Shown: positions 21,679 to 32,038, numbered from the stretch's first letter. The stretch is 64,000 bases of DNA from an uncultured Planctomycetia bacterium (GCA_964634945.1 CAZWMG010000004.1:52528-116527); one strand, 5' to 3'. A program made the numbers and translations. Notes: generated from the sequence alone by a model not told the origin.

Positions 21679-23385
21679 TTGGATTTAGAGACATTAAGAC
21701 ATAGTACAGCGCATGTAATGGCGCAGGCGGTGAAGAGTCTGTGGCCTGATGTAAAAATAGCTATCGGCCCAGCTATATCAGATGGTTTTTATTATGATTT
21801 TGACAAAACAGAGCCTTTTTTGCCGGAAGACCTTGTTAAGATAGAGAAGAAGATGGCTGATATCATCGGCAAGAATCAAAAATTTGAGCGAAAGGCTATC
21901 GCCAAAGGCGAAGCGCTTAAATTGTTTAAAAAAGAGCCGTACAAGCTTGAACTTATAAAAGAGTTGCCCGATGAAGAATTGATAATTTACACAAACGGTG
22001 ATTTTGTTGACCTTTGTAAAGGACCACATTTACCCGCGACAGGAGAGATAAAGGCCTTTAAACTACTAAGTATTGCCGGTGCTTATTGGCGTGGCAACGA
22101 AAACAACCCTATGCTACAGCGCATCTATGGTACAGCGTTTGCTTCCAGAAAAGACCTAGCTAAATATCTACAGATGCTGGAAGAAGCGAAGAAGAGGGAT
22201 CACAGAAAACTTGGACGTGAGCTGGAGCTTTACATAACTGACGATACAGCAGGCGCGGGATTGATAATATATCAACCAAAAGGAGCGCTGTTGCGGACCG
22301 TTATCGAAGATTGGGAAAAAGCGGAACATCTGAACAGGGGCTACGATCTTATTATAAGTCCGCATATATTGAAATCAGATATTTGGGTACGTTCAGGGCA
22401 CTATGAATTTTATAAAGAGAACATGTATATCTTTGATGTCGAGGGCGCGGAGTATGCGGTAAAGCCTATGAACTGCCCGGCGCACATGCTTGTTTATAAA
22501 ACAAAAACAAGAAGCTACAGGGACCTGCCAATAAGATTTTTTGAATTAGGCAGTGTTTACAGACACGAAAAAAGCGGCGTATTACATGGGTTGCTTAGAG
22601 TGCGCGGCTTTACTCAGGATGACGCGCATATATTTTGTTTGCCTGAGCAATTAAAGCATGAGATAGAATCGGTCATAGATTTTGTCATAGACGCGATGGT
22701 TGTCTTCGGGTTTGAGGACTATATGGTAGAAATAAGCACAAGGCCGGAAAAGTCGATAGGAACGGACAAGGATTGGGAACATGCTACTTTGGCACTTGAA
22801 GAATCCTTGAAATCCAAGAACATAAAATATGAGATTAACGAAGGTGACGGCGCTTTTTACGGACCCAAGATAGATATCAAGCTTAAGGACGCGCTCGGCC
22901 GCTTTTGGCAGTGCGCTACCATACAATGTGATTTTGCTTTGCCAGAACGCTTTGAGTTGGAATACGCGGCACAAGATGGCAGCACAAAGCGCCCCGTAAT
23001 GATTCACAGGGTCTTACTAGGCAGCATGGAGCGTTTTATAGGCGCTCTAATTGAACATTACGCGGGGGCATTACCTTTATGGCTTGCGCCGGAGCAGATA
23101 CGCATAGCCCAGATCACAGATAATCAATTTAAATATGCTGAGGCTATATTCGACGCTCTTAAGAATGCCGGTTTTAGAGTTAAACTGGATGCGCGCAATG
23201 AGACCATAGGATACAAAATACGAGAGGCGCGTACGCAAAAGATACCTTATATGATTATTCTTGGGCAGAAGGAAGAGGCGTCAGGCAAGGTCGCTGTAAG
23301 AAGCAGAGAAAAGGGCGATGAAGGAGAGGCGCTGTTGAGCGATTTTGTCGAGAGGCTATCGCATCAGGTACGGAATAAGGTATAG
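21679..23385 (+). CDS. thrS: Threonine-tRNA ligase (lacks N-terminal TGS domain)
   Basis: RHSTAH, DLCKGPH, RDHRKLG, KPMNCP, GAFYGPK; TTG start after GGAG. Confidence 0.98.
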   Translation: MDLETLRHSTAHVMAQAVKSLWPDVKIAIGPAISDGFYYDFDKTEPFLPEDLVKIEKKMADIIGKNQKFERKAIAKGEALKLFKKEPYKLELIKELPDEELIIYTNGDFVDLCKGPHLPATGEIKAFKLLSIAGAYWRGNENNPMLQRIYGTAFASRKDLAKYLQMLEEAKKRDHRKLGRELELYITDDTAGAGLIIYQPKGALLRTVIEDWEKAEHLNRGYDLIISPHILKSDIWVRSGHYEFYKENMYIFDVEGAEYAVKPMNCPAHMLVYKTKTRSYRDLPIRFFELGSVYRHEKSGVLHGLLRVRGFTQDDAHIFCLPEQLKHEIESVIDFVIDAMVVFGFEDYMVEISTRPEKSIGTDKDWEHATLALEESLKSKNIKYEINEGDGAFYGPKIDIKLKDALGRFWQCATIQCDFALPERFELEYAAQDGSTKRPVMIHRVLLGSMERFIGALIEHYAGALPLWLAPEQIRIAQITDNQFKYAEAIFDALKNAGFRVKLDARNETIGYKIREARTQKIPYMIILGQKEEASGKVAVRSREKGDEGEALLSDFVERLSHQVRNKV

Positions 23386-23493
23386 CACGGTAGGCGCTTA
23401 TTAGCGGTGAGCCACTATAGGCTCACTATAGCATGTGACAGCAGCCGCTTAAACTAAAACGAAGAAGTGGCTTGTGTACGAAAGGAGGAGGTT

Positions 23494-24003
23494 ATTATAG
23501 AAAAGCGTTTAAGAGTTAATGAGCAGATCAGAATAAGTGAGATCCGGGTTGTGGGCCCTGCGGGAGAGCAGCTTGATGTGATGAGCCCCCAGGACGCATT
23601 GATAAAAGCTCGAGAAGCAGGACTGGATCTTGTAGAGGTAGCGCCAACATCCAGGCCGCCGGTCTGTAGAATCATGGATTACAGTAAATATAAGTACGAC
23701 CAGGACAAGAAAAAGAAAGAGGCAAGAAAGCGCCAGCATACCGTGAAGCTAAAAGAGATACGGTATAAGACCAGGATAGAAGAGCACGACTACCAGACAA
23801 AGCTCGCCCATATAAAGGACTTCATGACAAAGGGGAGCAAGGTCAAGATTAGCTTACGTTTTCGCGGCAGAGAGCTAGCGCATCAAGAGATAGGAGGCGC
23901 TTTATTGGATAGAATAATAAATGATATATCCAGCATAGGGGAGCCAGAAAAGCGTCCGTCTCGAGAAGGCCGCTTTTTGAACATGGTCTTAGTGCCAAAA
24001 TAA
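23494..24003 (+). CDS. infC: Translation initiation factor IF-3
   Basis: RVNEQIR, LDLVEVAP, PPVCRIMDY, FRGRE; probable ATT(23494) or ATA(23497) start after AGGAGGAGG. Confidence 0.96.
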   Translation: MIEKRLRVNEQIRISEIRVVGPAGEQLDVMSPQDALIKAREAGLDLVEVAPTSRPPVCRIMDYSKYKYDQDKKKKEARKRQHTVKLKEIRYKTRIEEHDYQTKLAHIKDFMTKGSKVKISLRFRGRELAHQEIGGALLDRIINDISSIGEPEKRPSREGRFLNMVLVPK

Positions 24004-24137
24004 GATAAGCCCTCGCTTGTTTAAAGAGATATCGCAGGCATAAGGCCGGGCTTTTATATAGATTCCTCATTACGAATACAGCAAGTACCGCTGTTAGAGG
24101 GCAGTATAGTATTGTATATTTACGAAAGGTAAAGATT

Positions 24138-24329
24138 ATGCCAAAACTCAAGACAAGAAAAGCAGTAAAAAAACGTGTGACAATTACCAAGACAGGGAAG
24201 GCAAAGGCGAAAAAATCATTTTCCGGGCATCTAATGACATCTAAAAACAGAAAACGAAAGCGCAACTTGAAGCAGAAAGCTGTGCTTACAAAGACCGAGT
24301 CTGCTAAGTTGAGGATAATGATTACTTAG
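24138..24329 (+). CDS. rpmI: 50S ribosomal protein L35
   Basis: MPKLKTRKAVKKRVTITKTGK. Confidence 0.95.
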   Translation: MPKLKTRKAVKKRVTITKTGKAKAKKSFSGHLMTSKNRKRKRNLKQKAVLTKTESAKLRIMIT

Positions 24330-24396
24330 CAGGAGATATAAGTTGTGGGTAATTGCTACCCCCGCTGTTTCGCTTTGCGAAACAAAGCGACAGGGG

Positions 24397-24452
24397 TTAA
24401 TTCATCCCTCTTCTTGCTTGCGCAAGAAAGCAGAGGGGCTCATTAAGGAGAC
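24397..24452 (+). repeat. TTAA-bounded hairpin repeat ending in an RBS (copy 1)
   Basis: 52/56 nt identical to 40171-40226. Confidence 0.85.
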
Positions 24453-24457
24453 AAATC

Positions 24458-24802
24458 ATGGCAAGAGTAAAACACAGTGTAGCGTCACTAAAAAAACGAA
24501 AGAGGGTCTTGAAAGCCGCCAAGGGTTATGTGGGCGGGCGCAGTAAGCTTTTTAGGACCGCTAAAGAGACGGTTATGCGGGCAGAGGCATATTCTTACAG
24601 GGACAGAAAAGTTAAGAAACGCACTTTTCGTTCTTTGTGGATTGCTAGAATAAGTGCCGCTTGTAAGGTAAATGGCCAGACATATGCGCGCTTTATCAAC
24701 GGCCTAAAGAAGGCTAAGATAGCCCTTGACAGAAAGATGTTAGCAGAGATAGCGGTTTCGCACAAGACTGCCTTTAAGCGCCTCGCGGAGCTTACAAAAT
24801 AG
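24458..24802 (+). CDS. rplT: 50S ribosomal protein L20
   Basis: MARVK...AKGYVG...YRDRK..KRTFRSLWIARI. Confidence 0.98.
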   Translation: MARVKHSVASLKKRKRVLKAAKGYVGGRSKLFRTAKETVMRAEAYSYRDRKVKKRTFRSLWIARISAACKVNGQTYARFINGLKKAKIALDRKMLAEIAVSHKTAFKRLAELTK

Positions 24803-24954
24803 TTTGCTAGTAATAGCAGAGGAAGTGGATAGTGGGTACCCCGATACCACAAACTTTGTTTGGGTACGGGGTTAATTCGCGCTTGTGAGTTATGTCGTTA
24901 CTTCGACACTCCATAACTCACGCGCTCATGAAAAAAACAAGCACATAATTCCCT

Positions 24955-26319
24955 ATGAGAAAAATCAGGCTACAGCCTTCACAGGTAATAGTTTTAAGCT
25001 TTTTTTTCGTAATCTTAGCAGGCGCTGCATTGCTTAGCTTGCCGCTGTCTACGGCGGGTAACCAGAGCCCCGGAATCATAAATAGCCTTTTTACGGCAAC
25101 AAGCGCTACCTGTGTTACAGGGCTTACGGTCAAAGACACAGGCAGTTTTTTTTCGCCATTTGGCAGGCTAGTAATACTCTGCCTGGTCCAGGCTGGCGGA
25201 CTTGGAATAATGACTTTTTCAACGATGTTCGCTATCTTGTTAGGCAGAAAACTTTCAATATCGCAAAACATGACTATAAAGAGTGCGCTTGGGCATACAG
25301 AGATAGAGGGCTTAAGGCGGCTCATTTTTTATATTATAGCCTTTACATTCAGCGTTGAGGCGATCGGCGCTATAGTGCTTTATTTTAGATGGGTGGCAAC
25401 AACAGGCTGGTCAAAACTGCTTGTAGCCGAGCGCGCGATATTTCACGCGGTCTCAGCTTTTTGTAATGCGGGTTTTTCACTATTCTCATCGAGCTTATCA
25501 GATTTTGCTTCAGATTGGGTTACAATGACCGTAATCGCCGCGTTGATAGTGATAGGAGGCATGGGGTTTATTGTTTTTCTCGATATCCCAAAGCTAAAAT
25601 TCTGGAGAAAAGACAGGCGCCTGATACTTTCTCGTGTAAGCCTGCAGACCAAGATAGTCGTTTTAGTGACACTGCTCTTGATCATAATAGGCGCTCTGGG
25701 CATATACCTCTTGGAAAACAATTCCGCGCTTTATGGAATGGGGCTTAAGGAAAAGGTAACGTCCTGCGCATTTACTTCTATTACACCAAGAACAGCGGGC
25801 TTTAATATCCTTAATACGGCGACACTAAGGCCAGCCACGCTTTTTCTGCTGATTATATTGATGTTTATAGGCGCGTCTCCCGGTTCAACAGGCGGCGGCA
25901 TCAAGACAGTTACCCTTGGTATTGTTCTTGCCGCGTTATATTCGATGTTTCGAAGCAAGGAAAGGATCAGCCTGTTCGGGCGGACAATACCAAAAGATAC
26001 ATATCGCCGCGCGGCGGTCATAATATTTCTCGCTCTTTGTGTTGTCATATGTTCTACGTTTTTGCTCTCAGCAACAGAGACGGTTGCGGCGCAGAGCAGC
26101 CATTATTTTTTAGGCGTACTGTTTGAATCGACTTCCGCTTTTGGCACAGTAGGCCTGTCAACCGGCATTACCCCCAACCTGACGCCTCTTGGGAAAATAA
26201 TAATTATGCTTACTATGTTTGTGGGCCGTGTAGGCCCGCTTACTCTCGCGCTCGCGTTAGCGATGCGCAGGGAAAAACTATCGTTTAGCTATCCTGAAGA
26301 GGCGCTTATGGTGGGGTAA
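24955..26319 (+). CDS. ktrB: Trk/Ktr potassium uptake membrane subunit (TrkH/KtrB)
   Basis: SATCVTGL, SAFCNAGF, PRTAGF, GSTGGGIK, SAFGTVGLS, GRVGPLT. Confidence 0.95.
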   Translation: MRKIRLQPSQVIVLSFFFVILAGAALLSLPLSTAGNQSPGIINSLFTATSATCVTGLTVKDTGSFFSPFGRLVILCLVQAGGLGIMTFSTMFAILLGRKLSISQNMTIKSALGHTEIEGLRRLIFYIIAFTFSVEAIGAIVLYFRWVATTGWSKLLVAERAIFHAVSAFCNAGFSLFSSSLSDFASDWVTMTVIAALIVIGGMGFIVFLDIPKLKFWRKDRRLILSRVSLQTKIVVLVTLLLIIIGALGIYLLENNSALYGMGLKEKVTSCAFTSITPRTAGFNILNTATLRPATLFLLIILMFIGASPGSTGGGIKTVTLGIVLAALYSMFRSKERISLFGRTIPKDTYRRAAVIIFLALCVVICSTFLLSATETVAAQSSHYFLGVLFESTSAFGTVGLSTGITPNLTPLGKIIIMLTMFVGRVGPLTLALALAMRREKLSFSYPEEALMVG

Positions 26320-26346
26320 TTTGGGTATTGGTACAAGGATAAAGGC

Positions 26347-26522
26347 TAAACACTAAATCCTAATATCGAAATCCTAAACAATATCAAATGACCAAAATGC
26401 AAAATTCAAAACAATACGATTTAGCAGAAGGAACATTTGTTGAGAAGCTAAAGCAATGTTTTGAACACTCGATATTGGAATTTTGAATTTGTTTAGAATT
26501 CAGGATTTAGTGCTTAGGATTT
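26347..26522 (+). pseudogene. Internally deleted four-helix-bundle (23S rRNA IVP/TIGR02436-like) element remnant with imperfect inverted repeats
   Basis: About 60-nt imperfect IRs around mini-ORF 26388-26486 MTKMQNSKQYDLAEGTF-VEK, which resembles the 'YDLE.RT..F' N-terminus of this family. Confidence 0.55.
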
Positions 26523-26543
26523 AATATTTAAAAGGGAGATAAA

Positions 26544-27209
26544 ATGAGACAATTTGCCGTAGTTGGGTTAGGAAGATTTGGCTCTAGTGTCGCGGAAACC
26601 CTAAGCAGCAAGGGATGTCAGGTGCTGGCCATTGATACGGATGAGGAGAAGGTTCAGGATCTTTCAGAGGTTGTGGCGCAAGCAGTTTGCGTTGACGCTA
26701 CCGACGGGAAAGCGTTAAAGGCTGTTGGTATAGAACCTGTAGACGTGGCAATAGTAAGTGTCGGAGGCAATATTGAGTCTTCGGTCCTGATTACTCTGGT
26801 GCTCAAGGAGATAGGGATCAAGGAGGTGATCGCGAAAGCGGTCACAAAAGACCACGGAAAGGTGCTGGAAAAAGTAGGAGCGGATAGGGTGGTATTTCCG
26901 GAACGGGACATGGGTATCAGAATAGCTAACGCGCTTACGTCGCCAAAAGTAAGCGAACATATCGATCTTTCCTCAGAGTGCAGCATAATAGAAATAAAGG
27001 CTCCGGAAGAGTTTATGGGCAAGAGCCTAAAACATTTGAATTTGCGTGTCGAGTTTGGCCTGAATATCGTGGCGATTAAAAGCAAAGACGCAAAAGGTGA
27101 GGAAGTGATTAATCCTACGCCGGAGGCAGATTACAAGATTAGGCCGCAGGATAAGCTTATGATAGTAGGGCCAAATCAGAACATTGAAAAACTTAAGAAG
27201 AAAGCATAA
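26544..27209 (+). CDS. ktrA: TrkA/KtrA potassium uptake NAD-binding subunit
   Basis: AVVGLGRFG, GADRVVFPERDMG, RCK-C domain. Confidence 0.95.
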   Translation: MRQFAVVGLGRFGSSVAETLSSKGCQVLAIDTDEEKVQDLSEVVAQAVCVDATDGKALKAVGIEPVDVAIVSVGGNIESSVLITLVLKEIGIKEVIAKAVTKDHGKVLEKVGADRVVFPERDMGIRIANALTSPKVSEHIDLSSECSIIEIKAPEEFMGKSLKHLNLRVEFGLNIVAIKSKDAKGEEVINPTPEADYKIRPQDKLMIVGPNQNIEKLKKKA

Positions 27210-27215
27210 CCTTCT

Positions 27216-28256
27216 ATGCAGGATCGGTTAAATAATACAGAAACAAAAGCCGCCGGGGAGATAGACAGCGCTCAGACCAAGGATGAGTTAGAACAGGTCA
27301 GGGTGAGATATCTTGGACGCAAGGGTATCGTCGCGCAATTGTTCAAGGAATTGGGCGCAGTCGCGTCAGAGGAGAGGGCCCCCCTCGGGCAGGCCCTTAA
27401 CAGGCTTAAAACTGTGTTGACGCAGGATATTAAACAGCGCGAAGATGAGCTATCGCTTAATGCTGATGTAGCAGATAGCGCGGGCGTTGACATTACTATG
27501 CCGGGCGTTGACCCGGACATAGGCAGGCTCCACCCGGTTACAAAGACATTGAGAGATATATGCAACATCTTTTCTCATATGGGCTTCGCTGTTGTAGAGG
27601 GCCCGGAGATAGAGACAGAGTTTAATAATTTTGAGGCATTAAATATACCCCTAGAGCACCCCTCAAGAGATACTTTTGATACTTTTTATATAGACACAAA
27701 GGATTTTGATACAGATACAGAAAAAAGAAGGCTTCTAAGGAGCCATACTTCACCGGTACAGATAAGGTATATGCAAAATACAAAGCCACCCTTTTCGATA
27801 GTAGCGCCGGGCAAGGTCTTCCGCCCTGATGCTACGGACGCAAGCCATTCTTTTATGTTTTTTCAGGTGGAGGGGTTGGTTGTCGGTAAAGAGATAAATT
27901 TCGCGCACCTGAAATGGACGCTTTATGAATTTGCCAGGCAATGCTTCGGCCCATCCTCAAAGGTCCGGTTTCGCCCGCATTTTTTCCCATTTACAGAACC
28001 TAGCGCAGAGGTCGATATATCATGCATGATATGTAATGGCGAAGGTTGCAGGGTCTGTTCGAATAGCGGGTGGCTTGAGATACTCGGTGCCGGGATGGTG
28101 GACCCGAATGTATTCGACGCGGTGAATATAGACCCGGATCAATATAGCGGCTTCGCTTTTGGCATGGGAGTTGAGAGGACAGCCATGCTTAAGCACGGCA
28201 TTGACGATATACGTTTATTATACGAAAATGATATAAGATTTTTACGACAGTTCTAA
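27216..28256 (+). CDS. pheS: Phenylalanine-tRNA ligase alpha subunit
   Basis: LLRSHTSPVQ, FFPFTEPSAE, GFAFGMGVER. Confidence 0.99.
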   Translation: MQDRLNNTETKAAGEIDSAQTKDELEQVRVRYLGRKGIVAQLFKELGAVASEERAPLGQALNRLKTVLTQDIKQREDELSLNADVADSAGVDITMPGVDPDIGRLHPVTKTLRDICNIFSHMGFAVVEGPEIETEFNNFEALNIPLEHPSRDTFDTFYIDTKDFDTDTEKRRLLRSHTSPVQIRYMQNTKPPFSIVAPGKVFRPDATDASHSFMFFQVEGLVVGKEINFAHLKWTLYEFARQCFGPSSKVRFRPHFFPFTEPSAEVDISCMICNGEGCRVCSNSGWLEILGAGMVDPNVFDAVNIDPDQYSGFAFGMGVERTAMLKHGIDDIRLLYENDIRFLRQF

Positions 28257-28260
28257 TTCT

Positions 28261-28336
28261 TGTATCGCGTATTGCGTAAAGATACCGCAATACCTGCCTG
28301 CCGGCAGGCAGACGCATAACGCACGACGCAATACTG
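28261..28336. repeat. Inverted CGCAATA-type heptamer array with an inserted CCTGCCTGCCGGCAGGCAG palindrome
   Basis: Related arrays at 6207-6270 and 30618-30703. Confidence 0.75.
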
Positions 28337-28350
28337 AACAAAGAAAAATT

Positions 28351-30390
28351 ATGAAAATATCATACGAGTGGCTCAGAGAATATGTAAATACAAAATTGCG
28401 TGCGCAGAACCTTGCCTCTAAACTTACGATGGCGGGACACGAGGTCTCCACTGTTACAAAGCAGGGAAACGATTTTATCTTTGATATGGAGATTACAGCC
28501 AATAGAGCCGATTGTCTTTCACATTTAGGGATAGCGCGGGAGGTGGTCGCGATAACAGGCAAAGAGCCCAAGGTGCCACGCGTAAAGATTAAGAAGGCCT
28601 CGCCATCCGATACATTGTTTAAGGTAGCCATAGAGAATAAAACAGCCTGTCAACGATATACCTGCCGCGTTATTAACAACGTCAAGGTGTCGCCATCTCC
28701 TAAATGGCTTGCCAAGCGGCTAGAATCTGTGGGCCTACGTTCCGTTAATAATATAGTAGATATAACGAATTTTGTACTTTTCGAAACAGGACAGCCCCTG
28801 CACGCGTTCGACGCGGACAAGCTTAAAAGGCAGGAGATCGTAGTTCGTAACGCTAAGATCGGCGAAGTGATTACGACAATAGACGGAGTAGAAAGAAAGT
28901 TAGCCCCAAGCATGCTCGTTATTACAGATGGATTATCACCTGTGGCGATAGCGGGCGTTATGGGCGGCAAGGATACAGAGGTAACAGAACAGACAGAGAA
29001 TATATTGCTGGAGAGCGCGTATTTTGACCCTGTAAGTGTACGGCGCGCGGCTTTTAGCCTGGGGATAAGTACCGATTCAAGCTATCGGTTTGAAAGAGGA
29101 GTGGACTTTGGCGGGATACTGCTCGCATCTGATAGAGCAGCCTCGTTGATATCAGATATAGCAAAAGGACAACCGGGCGGGATAAAAGATGTGGGGATAA
29201 AAAGATGGCCGGTTAGTAAGATTACTTTAAGGCCAACATATTTGAACAAGATATTGGGTACGATACTAAAGCCGGCGGATATAGGTGATATATTATCGCG
29301 CTTAGGCTATGGCGTAAAGATATCAACCGATCTAATCGTGACAGCGCCGACATATCGCAGTGACACTACCAGAGAAGCGGATCTGATAGAAGAGGTAGCG
29401 AGGATATATGGGTATGACAATATAGCTCCTTGCCCACTCAAGGCAGTGGCCACGCATGAGAATTCGCAATCAAAGGATTTTGCCAACAAGCGCGACATAA
29501 CAAAACAGATGCTTGTCGCTTCGGGCTTTAACGAGATAATCACTTATAGCTTAATTAATAGTGACACTGTCAAGGGTACAGCGCTTTTAGAAGAGGGCTT
29601 TGCAAGAATAAAGAACCCTTTGAGCAAGGAACAGGATATCATGCGCCCTTCTCTGCTGCCTGGCATGTTAAAAACAGTAGCTCATAATCTTAGTAGGCAA
29701 GTCTACGACATCAAGCTTTTTGAGCTTTCCAATATCTATTTTCAACAAGAGGCAGATTATAGCGAAGAGCCATCACTTGTGATGGCTCAATATGGCAAGC
29801 CTCAGACAAAGACAGCGCGAGGAGATTATGCCGCAACAGGGCTCTTCCAGATAAAAGGCGTTATATCCGAGCTTACCAAAAGGCTGGGCATAAAAGAACT
29901 CGTTTTTGAAAATACCTCACATCCCGCCTTCAAAAAAGCAGAAGTAGCGGCTATGCTATCGGGCAATACAATGATAGGCACGATAGGCAGCGTCGATGAA
30001 AAGACCTTGCGCGCCTTTAATATTAAAGGGGAACTCTTTATCGCGGAGATCAACTTTAATGTGTTGGTAGAATGCGCACGCGTAGAGAGCTATTACAAGC
30101 CGCTTCCGCGTTTTCCTTATTCCTACAGAGACGTATCGTTTTCCATAGAGCCAACCATATCTTATGGAGAGCTAGCGGACTTTTTCAAAAAAACAGGCGG
30201 TACGCAACTTAAGAAAATAGAACTCTTAAGTGAATATCGAGGCAAGGACATAAACAAGAAGCACAGGGCCCTAGCGATAAGAATGATATTCTCTTCCAAG
30301 GAAAAAACCCTTACAGAAGAGGAGATAGACATAGCGGACACCGCTATCAGGCAGGGGTTAGAGGAAAAATTCAACGCATCTCTACGATAA
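28351..30390 (+). CDS. pheT: Phenylalanine-tRNA ligase beta subunit (short form without the B2 OB domain)
   Basis: MKISYEWL, ITANRADCLSH, NNIVDITN, SYRFERG, DLIEEVARIYGY, C-terminal FDX-ACB. Confidence 0.98.
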   Translation: MKISYEWLREYVNTKLRAQNLASKLTMAGHEVSTVTKQGNDFIFDMEITANRADCLSHLGIAREVVAITGKEPKVPRVKIKKASPSDTLFKVAIENKTACQRYTCRVINNVKVSPSPKWLAKRLESVGLRSVNNIVDITNFVLFETGQPLHAFDADKLKRQEIVVRNAKIGEVITTIDGVERKLAPSMLVITDGLSPVAIAGVMGGKDTEVTEQTENILLESAYFDPVSVRRAAFSLGISTDSSYRFERGVDFGGILLASDRAASLISDIAKGQPGGIKDVGIKRWPVSKITLRPTYLNKILGTILKPADIGDILSRLGYGVKISTDLIVTAPTYRSDTTREADLIEEVARIYGYDNIAPCPLKAVATHENSQSKDFANKRDITKQMLVASGFNEIITYSLINSDTVKGTALLEEGFARIKNPLSKEQDIMRPSLLPGMLKTVAHNLSRQVYDIKLFELSNIYFQQEADYSEEPSLVMAQYGKPQTKTARGDYAATGLFQIKGVISELTKRLGIKELVFENTSHPAFKKAEVAAMLSGNTMIGTIGSVDEKTLRAFNIKGELFIAEINFNVLVECARVESYYKPLPRFPYSYRDVSFSIEPTISYGELADFFKKTGGTQLKKIELLSEYRGKDINKKHRALAIRMIFSSKEKTLTEEEIDIADTAIRQGLEEKFNASLR

Positions 30391-30428
30391 TATCTTGATT
30401 TCATACAAAAATATTGATATAGTAAAAG

Positions 30429-30612
30429 TGTCCCTGCTGTGTGCGTGGCGCTTTGATGCAACTTTGAGCCAACACCTTTATACCGGGAGCCCGACGTAAC
30501 AAGAGATAATGGCATGCTCTTGATAGCAAAGAGAAGCCTGAATGCTTGGACAGGGCACCCACCTAAATATAAGGGTTCAAAGTCCATCAGTTGCCCGGCA
30601 CGTGCGGGGATT
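30429..30612 (+). ncRNA. ssrS: 6S RNA
   Basis: About 185 nt with closing stem TCCCTGC..GCGGGGA, TTTGAGCC/GGGTTCAAA stem, CCGGGAGC and GCACCCACC bubble-flanking motifs; promoter-like TTGATT..TATAGT upstream. Confidence 0.8.
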
Positions 30613-30727
30613 GTTTTTCGTATTGCGTCGTGCGCCTGCCTGCCGGTAGGCAGGTATATCGTATCGCGTGACAATATTAACATAAAATATAAACGCAATA
30701 CGAGTCACTAGTAAACAAAATCATGCC

Positions 30728-32038
30728 ATGGATCTATTCCAACAACAAAAAAATTTCCTAAAAGATCTGCCACTTGCTGCACGCGTGCGCCCGCAGACAT
30801 TAGATACCTTTATGGGGCAGAGGCATATAATAGGCCCGGGAAAGCTTCTTAATCGTGCCATAGACGCGGATAAAGTGCACTCTCTTATTTTATACGGGCC
30901 AAGTGGGACAGGTAAAAATTGCCTTGCCTACATCATAAGCAACCTTACAAAGGCCCATTTTGACGAGATTAACGCCGTATCTTCCAATGTAGCCCAGATG
31001 CGTAAGCTGATAGAAGCGGCTAAAATAAGGCGCGCCGCAACCGGGCACAGGACGATACTCTTTATCGATGAGATCCACCGCTTTAATAAGGCGCAACAGG
31101 ACGTTCTTATGCCGTATGTGGAGAATGGAGACGTTACATTAATAGGAGCTACTACTCACAACCCTTTCTTTTTTATAGCACCGGCACTGATATCGCGTTC
31201 ACTTGTCTTTGAGTTGCAGCGATTAAGTGAGGACGAGCTAATAGATATATTGAAAAACGCCCTAGCAAATAAAGATAAGGGTTTTGGGCGCAATAAGATC
31301 AAGATAGATGATAAGGCATTAACGTTTCTCGCGAAAATATCAGATGGTGACGCGCGCCGCGCGCTAAACGCGTTAGAGATAGGCGTATTGACTACGCAGC
31401 CACAAAAAAATGGTTACATACATTACACATTAAAGGTGGCGCAGGAATCTATTCAGAAAAAAGCCGTAGTATATGACAAAGATGGAGATGGGCATTACGA
31501 TACTATATCAGCGTTTATAAAATCAATGCGCGGTTCAGACCCTAATGCGGCGCTATATTGGCTCGCTAAGATGCTCTATGCCGGAGAAGACCCGCGTTTT
31601 ATCGCTCGCCGTATTGTAATTTGCGCGGCAGAGGATGTAGGCAACGCTGATCCACAGGCGCTGGTATTAGCAAGCGCGGCATTAAATATCTCAGAATTTG
31701 TAGGAATGCCTGAGGCGCGCATACCACTTGCGCAGGCAGTAACATATATAGCTACAGCACCTAAATCTAACGCGGCGTATATGGGCATTGAAAAGGCCAT
31801 GGACGATGTAACCAATGGCAGGACCCTTGAGGTGCCGACACATCTTAAGGATGCAAGTTACAAGGGCGCTAAGCAATTAGGCCGTGGCAAGGACTACAAA
31901 TACGCCCATGCTTATAAAGGCCATTATGTAGAACAGGAATATATCCCCGCAAAGAAACAGTATTATGAGCCTACAGACATAGGTTATGAGCAAAATATCA
32001 GAGAATATCTTAGCAAGATAAAAAGAGACCTTAGTTAA
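30728..32038 (+). CDS. rarA: Replication-associated recombination protein A (RarA/MgsA)
   Basis: PLAARVRP, FIDEIHRFNKAQQD, ISAFIKSMRGSD, EDVGNADP, YKYAH. Confidence 0.97.
   Translation: MDLFQQQKNFLKDLPLAARVRPQTLDTFMGQRHIIGPGKLLNRAIDADKVHSLILYGPSGTGKNCLAYIISNLTKAHFDEINAVSSNVAQMRKLIEAAKIRRAATGHRTILFIDEIHRFNKAQQDVLMPYVENGDVTLIGATTHNPFFFIAPALISRSLVFELQRLSEDELIDILKNALANKDKGFGRNKIKIDDKALTFLAKISDGDARRALNALEIGVLTTQPQKNGYIHYTLKVAQESIQKKAVVYDKDGDGHYDTISAFIKSMRGSDPNAALYWLAKMLYAGEDPRFIARRIVICAAEDVGNADPQALVLASAALNISEFVGMPEARIPLAQAVTYIATAPKSNAAYMGIEKAMDDVTNGRTLEVPTHLKDASYKGAKQLGRGKDYKYAHAYKGHYVEQEYIPAKKQYYEPTDIGYEQNIREYLSKIKRDLS

Noticed and set aside
24343-24546. 67-aa ORF, and the N-terminal extension of ORF 40165, both containing 'KKAEGLIKET'
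   Set aside because: The shared peptide is just the translation of the 56-bp repeat.
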